A stretch of DNA of 64,000 bases from Phaeosaccion multiseriatum (Eukaryota; Protista; Ochrophyta, other classes). This document shows, in pieces, positions 24,785-37,200 of the stretch (its first letter is position 1; the number at the start of each line of letters is the position of its first letter). The stretch lies in contig OZ218957.1 of assembly GCA_965112735.1 (NCBI GenBank), positions 3,596,001 to 3,660,000 on the forward strand, given 5' to 3'. The notes below the pieces were generated by a model. That model worked only from the letters and a program-made list of their open reading frames with translations, ran no database searches and was not told the DNA's origin. A program made the position numbers and the translations under genes.

Positions 24785-26607
24785 CCCCCAAGGTGTACCG
24801 TGACTTTGTGGCCAGCGGTAGTTGGCCCTTTCTGCTGGAGCTGTGGCCCACCGTCGTCGGAGTGATGCGCTCCACCGAGGCATATGACACCGACGGGGAT
24901 GGGCTCATTGAGAACTCGGGCTTTCCCGACCAGACGTACGACATTTGGTCCGTCAAGGTAAGTCACAAACGGCGCTGACCTCCCACCCGGATCCGCTTAC
25001 CGTTCTCGCTGGTCGCGCTCTCTCTCTCTCTCTCTGTGCGTGTGCGTGCCCCCCTCTGGACAGGGTCCATCGGCCTACACGGGCGGGCTATGGGTGGCGG
25101 CCCTCTCGGCCTGCGCCAAGATGGCCGAGCTCGTGGAGGAACGGGGGGCGGTTGGAGATTTTCCAGCAGTTGGTGATACAGCAGCAGCTGATGATACAGC
25201 AGCAGTTGATGTTGCAGCAGTTGTTGGTAAGGCAGCAGCGGTGGACGAGCTCGTGGAGGCAGGCGAACCCGGGAAGGAGGGGAAGCCTGTTGCTGCTGAA
25301 GCACCAACTGCTACTACCGCCGCTGCTGTGTCTCCAAGCACCGCTGATGGGAGCGTAGAGCTCGGCAGCAGCGCGTACTACCAACGGCTGTACCTCCGCG
25401 CCAAGGCCGCCTACAAGGAGAAGCTTTGGAACGGCCGCTACTTGAACTACGACGGCAGCGGCAGCGCTCAGAGCGACTCCATAATGGCGGACATGCTGGC
25501 GGGGCAGTGGTACGCGAGGGCAACGGGCCTGCCCCCAGTGGTGGAGGGGCCTCTCGCGAGAAGCTGCCTCGACATGGTCTTCCAGAACAACGTGCTGCGC
25601 TTCGGGGAAGGTGAGGGGGGGGGGAGGTGAGGAGGAGGAGGAGGAGGAGGAGAGGGGGAGGAGGAGGAGTGTGTGGCAGTGTACAGTGTAGGCTCACTCC
25701 TCGCTCCGCCTCTGTTCGTTCGTTTCCTCCCCCTCGCCCCTCTTCCTTTGCCTTTCTCCCCTTCTCCTCTCCGTGCGGGCCTTAGGACGAAGCAGAGGCG
25801 CGGTGAACGGCATGAGCCCCGGGGGGGAGGTGGACTCGAGCTGTCTGCAGAGCAGGGAGGTGTGGACAGGGGTCACGTACGCTGTAGGGGCCGCCATGCT
25901 GCACGAGGCCGGCCAGGCCCTGAGCAGGTTTCCCGAGGGGGGCCTTCCCGAGGGGGTAGAGGGCTCTCTTATGCCTCAGGTGAGCAGAGGGTGGGCCGCT
26001 GCCGCTGCTGAAGCGCTCGTGCCGTCACCCCCCGTCACCCCACCATTTGGAGGCCCTGCAGAGAAGAGACGCAGGCATAGGCACACTGAATATTCTCTCT
26101 TCTCGTCTCCTCTCCTCCCCTCTCTTCGCTCTCCAATTCCTCGCCTTGCAGGAGGAGGATGGTGACGAGGCGGTCAAGAGGCGGGCGGCGGGCAGACGCC
26201 TTTACCTTGCGGCCTTCGAAACCGTCCGCGGGCTGCACGACTACGGCTGGTGGGAGTACGGCTACTGGTTCCAGATGCCCGAGGGCTGGGAGCGCTCCGG
26301 CAACTACCGCAGCCTGGGCTACATGCGGAGCCTTGCCGTGTGGGCCGTGCAGTGGGCCATTGAGCGCGGTAAGTCAGTGAGCGGCCCGAGGGAGCAGAGT
26401 GGAGAGTTTCAGTGTCACAGTCCCTGTACAGAGGTACACAAAAGTGGAACACGGGCAGAAAGAGCCGAGAGGAGAGGCGGTGGGTCGCGGGACTCACATA
26501 CTCAAGTCTCCTCCCTGTTTCTTGATCTCTCTCTTTCCCTGCCCCCTTCTCGGTGCTTCTCGCTCTTCCTCCCTGTGGCTTCCTCATCCCTGCAGAGGGT
26601 GCGCTAA
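20182..26607 (+). CDS. GBA2: Non-lysosomal glucosylceramidase (GH116), multi-exon
   Basis: Motifs [142 protein letters not shown]. Confidence 0.93.
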
Positions 26608-26924
26608 GCGGAGCTTCAGCTGACGGCGGTGGCGAAGGAGAGGTGGGCGGGCCCACACCACGTGAAAAATGATCAAAATGATCGGTCATGCCTGGGACAT
26701 GGCCTGTGGAGCCTTGATGGTGAAGCAGAGGGTGCACGCGAACGGACACCTCTGCCTCTGCCCAGCCTGATTGAAGATAAATGTATTGAAGCTCCCAAGT
26801 TGAACGATCTCTGCTCACCCCAGTGGGCGCTGCACTTCGCTCGCATGGCCCTCATTAACGAATAACCTCATGGCCAACCGTAGTTAATCTTTTCAACTCC
26901 TTAGAAGCTCAGAAGCTCAGAAGC

Positions 26925-29068
26925 TCAGAAGCCAGCCCAGTCGCCTTGATCCGGGTTGATGCGTCCCGAGATCTTGTCGGTGGTCTCCATCATGTTGTCG
27001 ATTGCGCCCTCGTCGTCAAGCTTTTGGAAGTACTTGCCCCACTCGTCCGTTTGCTCCGACGCGCGGTAGCTGTAGAGCAGGGCAGAGCACAGGGGGGATG
27101 GCAATCCATGGCAGTCAGCGGCAGTCGATGGCAGTCCACGGCAGGGACAGAGAAAGAGACAGAGATAGCAGAGACCCCTCCAACGCCGCACTGCACTCAC
27201 TTCATGACGATGGATTTGCTGCGTGTGCTCTTGAGGTCCTGGCAGATGGCGGACCAAAAGGCGGCGAGCAGGCCCGGCCCCTTCTCCAGCACTCCGGGCG
27301 GGCAGCACAACTCGCCCAGCACGGCTCCTGCGTACCGCAGCCCCCCCGCCCCGAGCTCCGCGTGGCGCTCCCCCACCCGTCCATCCCCGGCGGGCACACT
27401 CACGTCCGCAAGCACGATGACGCGCTTGGCCAGATCGGCCGAGACCTGCGCAAGGAGGGGGGGGAGGGATGGCAGTGGATGGGGAGGGGGGATGGCAGTG
27501 GGTGGGGAGGCGAGAGAGGGGCGGGCCGTGAGCTCGGTCCATCTTTGAGCGGTACTCTGAGCAGTGAGGGGCACACAACACCCACCCTGACCACCCACTG
27601 CCATCCACTGCCATCCCCACCTCGATGGCCTTGCCCTTGGCGCGGACGATGCCTCCGTCCCCCACAACCCCCGCAGCCGCTTCAATCACTGCACGGCACG
27701 GCGCGGTTAGCGGTCACACACAGGCACACGACGCAGAGCGCGGAGGGAGGGAGGGAGGGAGGGAGGGAGGGAGTGTCAGCACAGCACCGCACTGCGCTTC
27801 GCAAGGCCCAATACGCCACCCAACCATACTTGCTTCACAATAGGCCCGCTCCTCTGCTCTGCTTTGATGTACGTACCTGCTTCCGTGTCTGACTCTCCAA
27901 TGTCTACGGTGAGCAGCGGCACCAGCCCGGCCTCTCGGGCGGCAGCGGCGCCTGCCTCGTCCTCCACGCACACACCCACTGCAGAGAGAGGGAGAGGGGC
28001 AAAGCGGGACGTATGTGCAGGGACAGGGGCAGAGGCAGGATGAGGGCGGGACACGCAAACAACATGAGTCAACATGAGTCGAGACGAGCGGGGGAGGATT
28101 GCTGCGGTCTGGGGTTCCCAACTAGACTGTTGGTGTGTGTGCGTGCGCGCGTGTCTGACCTGCTCCTGTCTGCGCCACTGCAGCCAAGTCGAGGCCCTTG
28201 ACGCCGCTCTCCCCCTCGGGCACGCCCTCCGCGGGGCCCGCGTACAGCACGGGCACGGGGTCGGGCATGCCTCCTCTTGCGCTCTCCTGCTCCTTGCACA
28301 CCTCGCCCAGCACCTTCAAGTTGCAGCTCAGCAGCAGCGCGTTGGCCTGGGGTAGCGGCGAAGGATGGCAGCGGGTGGCGCGGGGAGAGGAGGGGGCAAG
28401 CAGCAGGCATAAGGAGGGGGGGGGGGGCACAGCTCTAACCTCGTGGGCAGGGCGGCCCACGGCCAGGGCTCCACTACACATCTAACACCCACCGTACCTT
28501 GGCCGTCTCTCTCAGCGTCTTGGAGAGGCCGGTAACGTCCGCGTTGAACTCCGCGAGGGCCATGAAGTCAGTGGGCGTGCCCACCGTGAGCTCTGGCACC
28601 AGCGTCAGCTTGCCCGCCACATGGCGCAGCTTGTAGGTCACGCTGTTGAGAGAGTCCTCGAGGACTCCCGCCGCCGCCAAGGCCGAGCCCGACGCGCCCA
28701 TCCGCCCCCTCCTTCCTGCTAGTACCGCTGCTGCTGCCGCTGCTGCTGGGCCCATGCGCTGCTGCTGCCGTAGTGCGTCCTGTTTGACAGAGTTGAGCGC
28801 ATATTTGAGTTGGGCATCACACGACATAGATGCGATAGATGAATGTCGAGTAGTGAGAGATGACGGGACAAGGAGGCGCACTCACGGCTTTGGCTCCCGC
28901 TGCTCCTGTCGCTACTCCAGCTCCTGAAGGGAAGGCCGAAGGCGCGTGCACAAAAGCGTCTGCGCAGCGATGGAGGGTCGCGAGGGAGAGCGTGACAGAG
29001 GCCACGGGCAAGGCCAGAACTGTCCACACATTCGGCCTCTTCCTGCTGCTGCTTCCGCCGCCCGCCAT
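26925..29068 (-). CDS. Plastid-targeted hypothetical protein, possibly a degenerate TIM-barrel/indole-3-glycerol-phosphate-synthase-like fold, multi-exon
   Basis: Signal peptide ending CADA-FV. Coherent exons in ORFs 28817-29068, 28474-28881, 28122-28481, 27776-28075, 27197-27685 and 26925-27689. The family resemblance is weak. Confidence 0.6.
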
Positions 29069-29385
29069 CTTGGTCTAATCTCGTTTCTCTTTTCTTCCTC
29101 TCCTCTCTTCCTACTACGATTGGCGTCTTGTATTTCGCAGGTGGAAGAGGCAGACCAAGAAAGATGAAGAGCTCGAGCGGAGGTAAGAGGGACAGAGATC
29201 GAGAGTACACTAAGGGGCCGCAGGCGAGGCTTGGGGAGGGGAAAACAGGGAGTGTGTGGAGCCGGAGAGAATGGTAGAGGAGGTGGTCGTATACTCACGC
29301 CATCTGTGAAGCAGTCGGGAAGGCCGGGAAGGCCGCGCTTCCCCATACACTTTTTACCAACAACAGAGCGGCAGCAGCAGCTAGT

Positions 29386-30662
29386 ATGGACCCCGAGGCC
29401 AATGCAATGCGGAATGGACTCGTGGAGGCACTTCTCCTTGAGGTGCCGGAGCCTGAAGAGGGATCCAACGCTCCCACCAAGAGCAGCCTCGCCAAGTAAG
29501 CGAGAGGGAGAAGAAAGAAGAAAGAGAGTTATCCAAGGGCTTAGTGAGAAGCACTTTCACCCCGCTGTGTCCTTGCTCACTATCTATTTCCCCTTTTCCT
29601 TCTAACTCCTCTGGTCACCATGTCTCTGACTCAGCCCCCACCATCTTTGCACGTTGTCCTCCCATGTACAGACAAATAGACAATTGCCTTCAAGTGCCTT
29701 GCCAGAAGGTGGTGGCAAAGTGCAGGGGCAACGATGGGCCCTGCAAGCAGTCAGCAGCGCGGCTCTTGGCGAGGAGGGTGAGTGGCACCGCAAGGGAGAG
29801 ACGAGCCGTCATCCAACCCTCACCACTCTTCCCTCTGGCTTCTTTTCTGTTCCGCCTCGTGGGGGCGCAAGTATGCCCCAAGCATGCTCGGCATGGTCAT
29901 GGATGGGATGGCGTTTAAGCCCCTAACCCTTGTCCCCTACCCCCCCCCCGCAAAGGAGTGTCGGCCGCTCAAGACGGAGCTCATGGCCACGCACCGCGAG
30001 GCGTGCTCCGAGCAGGTGCTGAAGCTCTTCATGGCCAAGCCCAAGGCACTGGGGACGCCGGCAGCGGGCACGCTTCGAGGGAACGAGTACGAGGGGTGAG
30101 GCCCAGAGAGGAGGCGGGGGGGGGGGGGGGGGCAAGAGAGCGGGAGGTTGGAAGCCTGCTTCACTCACTGTCGAGTCTGTCGATGGGCGGGTATCAACGT
30201 ACGATAGGATGTATGACTGCAAGAGCACTGCACTCAGCCAACCCCTTCCCCTTCATTGTGTGCATCGTCATCATGGTTAGGTGGGTGAATCAGTGCCAGC
30301 ACGCAGAGGCAGAGAAGGAGGACAAGTACTCAAGGTGCTTCACGGAAACCCTCCATAACACTCTGATCGACGTGAGTGCTGTGATATGTCACGAGAGGCC
30401 CTGAGAGGCCTTCGGAGGCCTTCTCGATCAGTCCTCAGTCGACCTTGCGTCCCTTCCGCCCTTCTCGCCGTCCCCTCCGCGCCACCCAGCGACGTCCCTG
30501 GCCAGGCTCCGTCCTCTCCTCTGACCCCCTGCACGGCAACCCTCTCCCCCTCTCCCCTCCCTCCCTCTCCAGTGTGCCTCTGACAAGTGCCTGGACAAGG
30601 CAAGGACTTGTGCCCAGCGTTCCTGCAACCTGCTCCTGCCATCACCCCCGGGGGAAGAGTGA
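29386..30662 (+). CDS. Small Cys-rich hypothetical protein (178 aa, 12 Cys), 5 exons
   Basis: Exons 29386-29495, 29672-29777, 29956-30095, 30281-30371 and 30573-30662. All four GT-AG introns are phase-consistent and the gene ends at TGA. The true start may be upstream. Confidence 0.75.
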
Positions 30663-32798
30663 TCTCCAGGGGGGGGGGGGAGAGCTCCCTCCCCGGCACG
30701 ACTACGGCAGTCACCAGTCACCAGTCACCAGTCACCAGTCACCTAACACCTGATACCACTCACTTGGCACCTGACAACACTCACCGGTCAGCTCTTTCTG
30801 AGGCCAACCTTTGGACTCTCCACTTTGGCGAGTCGGCGCGATGACCTCACGAGAATCGAATACTGCGGAGCTCACAGTTGGGTGGGGTCGCTGCTTGACG
30901 CACTTTGGGTGTGCTGCTGAGGCGTACCTGCCGCTGCATGCAAGGCAGACAGGTTGTGAGGCAGAGAAGGCGAGAGCGACCAGAGCTGCCTAGCCACAGC
31001 AGGGGGGGGAGGGAAGACATCGGAGGGAGAGATGAGGGAAGGCACCGGAGGAGGAGGAGCAGCTACAGGCGTGTTGATCGTTCTCTCGTGTCTGTGCGAC
31101 CATAACCGTTACGGTTACGGTTACGGTTACGGTTACGTTGCGAGGGGCGGCGACGCTCAAGGGACGCCCCTTCCCCCTTCGATCTTTCTCTCTCTCTGAG
31201 CTCTATACAACCTTGAGTCCGAAGGGGTGCCGATAGCGTGGAAGTGTCGCTTTACCGATACGGTGTGGAAGTGTCTCTCAGCAGCAAACACCGGCCTTCT
31301 TGTTGCCGCCTCGACAGAGACGGATTCGTTGCGAGTCATTGCTGCCTTTGGGCCTTTGCTCCCCGCCAGCGACAACCACAGGAGCAGCCAAAGGGACAGC
31401 GAAGGAGCGAAGGGACACACGACAGGGCTGCGGTGCGGTGGGAATTGGCGTTTGGTGTTAGGGACTCGGAAGGCTCCTGACACACACACGCTGCTTGTGC
31501 TTGCGCCTTTGTCCTGACACTCGGTTGTTGAGGATACGGGCTGAGCCTCTTGAGGGCACAGCACGGTTTGGGCCTTTGAAACACTCCATGATAGGAGGGG
31601 AGAGGGGATGCTGCCATGAAGCTCGCACGCCGAGAGCTGGGGCAGCCTGGATAGGAGGGGAGGAGGAGGCAGCCAGCAGCCTGACCCGACTGGAGATGGG
31701 CACAAGAGGAGACACTGGTGGCGGTGGTGGCGGAAGGAGGCGCAGCGGGCCTGGCGGGACGGGAAGACTCTGTCTAATTGGCCCCAATGTTTTATTTTTC
31801 TTTTCTCATCAGTCTCTACTTGATTTTTGCACCAATCCTGCCGCTCCGTACTGCGGGCACACACGGCACTGTCGCGCTTTGCCGCCAATGACACAGATAG
31901 CGCGTCGATCAGTGCGGCTCCTGCTCTGCTGCTGTATCACCAACTGCTGAGGCTCCTGCTCTGCTGCTGTATCACCAACTGCTCCCGCTGAGCGTCGTGC
32001 CTTCGGGTGAGGTGGGAGACGAGAGGCACGAGGGAGGTGGTGGGGGGGGTGCCCAAGTGCAGTACCTCCTCTCCCTCTTCCTCTCCCTCGCCTCCTGCCC
32101 CACAGCCCTCTCTGTCCTCCCGGGTGTGGTGTGTCGTTCTTAAGTCGCGCGAGGCGTGCATCGCCCCCTCCCGTCCCCTCCTGGCGGTGAAGCGGCGGAG
32201 GAACAGGGATGGCCCCCCTCGCCTTCGCTCACTGTGCAGTCACTGTGCAGGGAGGGCATCCGAGGGTTAGCTCAGCTTGCAGTGAAGGGCAGGCGGGCAT
32301 CCCCGGTCAGTGAGAGTGTCGACTGTGACAGGGACAGTGACAGAGACAGGGGCAGGGCAGCATATCCATGCGCCCCTCCCTGCCGTCAAATGCCGGACAG
32401 ACACACACACCACACCTCCGCCTCCGCTGCCATGGGACTCGCCCCGTGCGCTGGCCGGGTGGGGCATTGCCCTTTGTGCATCTCAGCGTCGAACGCCTTC
32501 CTCCTTTCCGCGCGCCTTGCCTCGCGGAGTGCCAAGAGGAGAGGAAGCGCCTGGCTGCTCAAGCTGCCGATCCTTTCTACTGCACTGAGGGTTTGAGGGA
32601 CCCGGCTCGGCCGGGGCAAGACAGGGTAGACACAACGTGACAGAGGCCAGGCCTGCTCCAGCTTGTTGAGAGGTGAGGCAGTGGGAGGACTGGACTGCCG
32701 CCCTTCACTGGAAGACGAGGCGCTCACTACACGACGGCATTGCCGGGGGAAGCCCGCCCGGGGAAGCCCTCTTCGGTCCTTTGGTGCTCCGCTTCACT

Positions 32799-34076
32799 TC
32801 AGCGCCCCCTCACGGCGTACACCCCCCAATTGGCGACGGCGGCACTCCCATCCGTATCGCGTACCTCTCTTCGGCTGCGGAAGGGATTGCGCCTCTCAAG
32901 CAGCAGCCACTCCACAGCCGCGGATGATGATGCGCCGCTCTCCTCCAGGCGGAGGTCGGCTTTATGCTGCCATCTGAGGCCTCGCAGGAGCCGCACGTCT
33001 GCCTCCATGTCCTTCTGGCTCAGGCCGCTGACGAGCAGAGGCGCTGTGGAGGCGAGCAGGCGGGACAGTGTTGGGCGCCACTTGGCTTTGAGGGCGGGGC
33101 TGGACAGGCCGGGGTTGAACAGCACAAAGAGGTCCGGGGAAGGCAACAGACGCCCCGCTTCCTGTCCGATGCCAGGCATCACGTCGTGGAGATAGCCCTT
33201 TTGGTATGTGATTCGCATGCTGCGCTCGCCGCTCTTCGGCGTGCCCTCCTCCTCCTCGTCCTCCTCCTTCTCCTCGTCCTTCTCGTCCTCCCCCGTCCGT
33301 CTGCTCTCCCCTACCCATGGCACACTAACATTGAGCACTCCCCTCTCGCCTCTCCTGACGGCACGCGCATCTCGCTGGTTGGTGGGAGTGGCCATCTGGG
33401 GGCCGAGAAGATGCAGGTTGATGTGCCTGAGCGGCTCCGGGAGGCACAGCAGCAGGTGCTTCCATAGCTCCGACGGCAGCATCGCCTCTGCGCGGGCCCC
33501 CACGCACACCACAGTCATCTCCTCCTACCAGCAAGCGTCGTGGTGAGGAGGAGAAAGAAGCGCAATGGTCACGTCAGTCGATACATATATATATTGCATT
33601 GAGCAAGGGAAGGATGGAGGGAGGAAAGAACGACCTAAACAGACACACTTATATGCGCACATCCCCCCCTTGTCCAAGCTGACCATTGCCCAAGCTGACC
33701 AGGTACGTACCTGATCTGGGAGGGATCGATGCTGTTGCAGTTCCTGCATGCCAAAGGCCAGCGTCAGAGGATAAGTCAGCTCGTGCGAGGCCCTCTCCCT
33801 CGCTGCTGCTGCCGCTGGTGCTGATGCTGGTCCTGGTGCTGCTGTTGGTATTGATGAGTGTGGTGCTGCCTCATCAATACCACTCTGATGATCACCACGG
33901 GCGAGGGGCCAGGAGGGAGAACCGCCTGTTCCCTCTAAATAGGCATCGAGCGACGAGAGGGGCTGTCCTCGATAAGATCTACAGCTCCATTCGATGGAGG
34001 ATCCTGCAGTTCCTCCTGCTCCTGCTACTCTTGATAGAACTGCACCACGATATCTACACGCAACCCTCCATGCCAT
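32799..34076 (-). CDS. MSS51 C-terminal-domain-like protein with putative mitochondrial presequence, 2 exons
   Basis: Exons 34076-33711 and 33524-32799. Motifs LTYPLTL, VGARAE..LP..LW, LHLLGP, PDLFVLFNPGL, W..TL..LL, NPFRS, ANW. Confidence 0.72.
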
Positions 34077-34206
34077 GAAGGAGCAAGGCGAAAACACGAG
34101 CGGAGTCTCCCAAGCAAAGGAGGAAGTAGGCGTGGTGGGCCTCCGATCGCTATCTGTGATCAGCGCACATTTTTTGGATTTTCGTTTGTGTGCACCTTTC
34201 CCCAGC

Positions 34207-37200
34207 ATGATTGGAGCGCTGAGGGGAACAAGAAGCTCTACATTCTTGCCTGTGCTGCGTTCGAAAGAGAGGGGAGTGCCATGTCTGGAGATGAGGCGCC
34301 ACCTCAGCTGCAGGAGGAAGAGAAGTCGAGCAGCAGCAGGGGGGTTAGGAGGGGGAGGGAGACCGTATTTCGGCCTGCCCCTGTACGGTGCGCACGCAAA
34401 GCATGCACTGTTTGGCTTCAGATATGATCCATTGGGAATGTGCTCTGCGCCCAGCAGCACGAGGCGGGGCTATAAAAGCGGCGGCTCCTTAATTAAAGTA
34501 AGCGAAGAAGTTCAGGCTGCGCTTGAAGAGAAACGAGCGGTTGTGGCCCTGGAGAGCACCATCATCAGCCAAGGCAAGTGAGACAGAGAGGATAATACAC
34601 AGATACCGCCTTCCCACCTCTAACTCGCTCCGCGACCCCGACGCACGCACAGGCATGCCCTACCCCACCAACCTTTCCGTGGCGAGGGAGGTGGAGGCCT
34701 TGGTGCGGAAAGCTGGGGCCGTGCCCGCCACTGTCGCCATCCTTGGGGGAGTTCCCCATGTAGGGCTCGGACCGGAGCAGCTCGAGAAGCTGGCGAGAGG
34801 CGCACAGAGGTGAGCTCCTGAAGCGCAAGTAGAGAGGGAGAGAGGGAGAGAGACGGACGGAGGGAAGGAGGGAGTGAGGGAGGGGAGGCACAGAATGGGA
34901 GGGGGCGGTCAAGGGAGGTTGTGGGGACTCCCTGTGCGTGCCCTTGCTTTTCTCGAGCACTTCATCTCCACTGTCATGTATTCATCTCCACCGGGAACTC
35001 TGGGAAGACTGGGCCTCAGAAGCAGTCCTGTTCTTCTGCTGCTCTCGTGCTGGTACCCGCCCCGCCCCGTCCCCCCCCCTGCAGGAACAGCGATAGCCCC
35101 GGCGGCGCGAGTGGGGCAGTGCGCAAGTGCTCCAAGAGGGACATTGCGCACTGCGTAGCAACGGGTGCGGACGGAGCGACCACCGTTGCCGCCACCATGC
35201 ACCTCGCGCACCAAGCGGGCATCGCCATCTTCGTCACGGGAGGTGCGTGTGTAGAGGGCAGAGAGCCTAGAAAGTCGACCTGTCGAAGCGAAAAGTCGAT
35301 CTCCGTTGGACTGCATGGCTCATGTATAGACACACGCACACACTCGAAGCTCGTCACTCTGCCACATTTCCAGAGACAGGGTCGCGCACACGCCCACACC
35401 CTCATGCCCTCTCCTTCTCTCCCTGTCCCCCTTCCTCCACCCTGGGCAAGTCCTGTCTGCCGTTGTCCTTTGATTGTGCTGCGTCAGTGTGTATTTGCTC
35501 ATCTGCTCGCATGACTTTGACTTCCTCCCTACCTCCTTCCTTCCTTCCTTCCTTCCTTCTCTCCGCCCTGTCCCCAGGCATCGGCGGCGTGCACAGAGGT
35601 GCGGAACTGTCCTTCGACGTGTCCGCGGATCTGCAGGTACAATATATGGGTATCAGACTGCGATTCGCGGCCTGATTTGTTGCATCTCTGGCCTTTCAGG
35701 AGCTGCGTCTGTCGCCCCTCGGCCTTTCTTGCACTTCACTCCTTCACCTCGGCTTAGTTTTCGCCGCCCGGAATCAGTGTCAGGACTTGGAGTCAGGACT
35801 TACTGTCAAGTTTGAGTCTGAGAGCCCTCTTACCCCCCCCCCCACAGGAGCTCGGGCGTACCCCGGTGGCGGTGGTGTGCGCAGGAGTGAAGTCCATCCT
35901 CGACATGAAAAAGACGCTGGAGGTGCTGGAGACCCAGGGGGTGCCCGTCATCGGGTGAGAGCTCGGGGAGGAAAGCGTATGGACAGGGGAAAGGGTGAGG
36001 GATAGAGGCGTATGTGTGCCTGCCTACCTACCTACCTGCCTGCCTGCCTGCCTACCTACCTGCCTGCCTGCCTGCCTGCCTGCCTACCTGCCTGCCTGCC
36101 TGCCTGCCGGCCTGGCATGTCCATGTGTGTTTGTGTGCGTGTGTGTGTGCTCCCACTGCCCACCCTCTTCCTCTTCTCCCCCGCCTCACCGCTTTGGCCT
36201 GGATCCTCCTCCCCTTCTCAGCTACGGAACGGACGACTTCCCGGCCTTCTTCACTCGCTCGTCTGGCCTGCGCTGCCCCCTAAGGCTGGACTGCCCTGCC
36301 CAAGTGGCCGCCGCCATACACGCCGCGCAGCGGATGCGGACCGGTACAGGAATGGTCGTCGCTGTGCCGAACGAAGATTCCGACGACGCCTTGGCCGAGC
36401 TCATCGAGCTGGCCACCACAAAAGGGTGAGAATCAGAAGTTATCCACTTTCAATATCGAGGGAAGGGCATGAGAATTAGACATGCTCTTCGACCTTTCCT
36501 TGCCACTAAGGGGGGATGAGAATCAGAGGCAATTGCCAAGGGTGACAACTGGAGTGAGTCGGTTACGTCGGTTACTGCATCCTCCTCAGCGTGTCCTGTA
36601 TGCTCTGTGTGTGTCTCTCTGTGCCTTGTCCTTGTCCCTCTCCTCTCCCCTCTCCTCTCTCCCTCGCTTCGCCCACCTGTCCTCCCCCTCGCCACTCTCT
36701 TTTACGCCCAAGACCCTGTCGTATAATTGGAGATGATAAATGGACCCCCATGCCCCTGATACGTAGCTCTTAGGTTGATTCCTGTAAGTCAATAACCCCC
36801 CCCTCCCCTGCCCCTGGCCGTGCTTGATTCAGTGTGCAGGAGTGCGCAGAACAGGGCATCTCCGGAAAGGACATTACGCCCTTCGTGCTGAAGCGTGTCA
36901 GCGACCTCACCGGGGGGGAGAGCCTCGAGTGGTCAGTGCCTGGAGGAGGGGGAGGAGGGAGGGGGGCCTGTGACAAAGGCAGGCAGAGCATGTGTGACTT
37001 TGACTGCCGAGAATGCTGTTTTGTGTGTGCGGACTCGACTCGCTTGACTCTGTGCTTGACTCAGTGCTTGACTCACTGTGGACCCCACCTCCCTCCTGCG
37101 CCTGCTCCGCCCCCGATCGCTGACTACCCCCTTTGGTTCCGCCGTCACACCGTTTTTGCAGCTCTCCTGACGCCCTCCTCTCGTCTCCTGCCACCTCCTC

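Noticed and set aside
30800-32750. Additional gene between the Cys-rich gene and the MSS51-like gene
   Set aside because: Coding-like patches exist, but I could not build a phase-consistent model.
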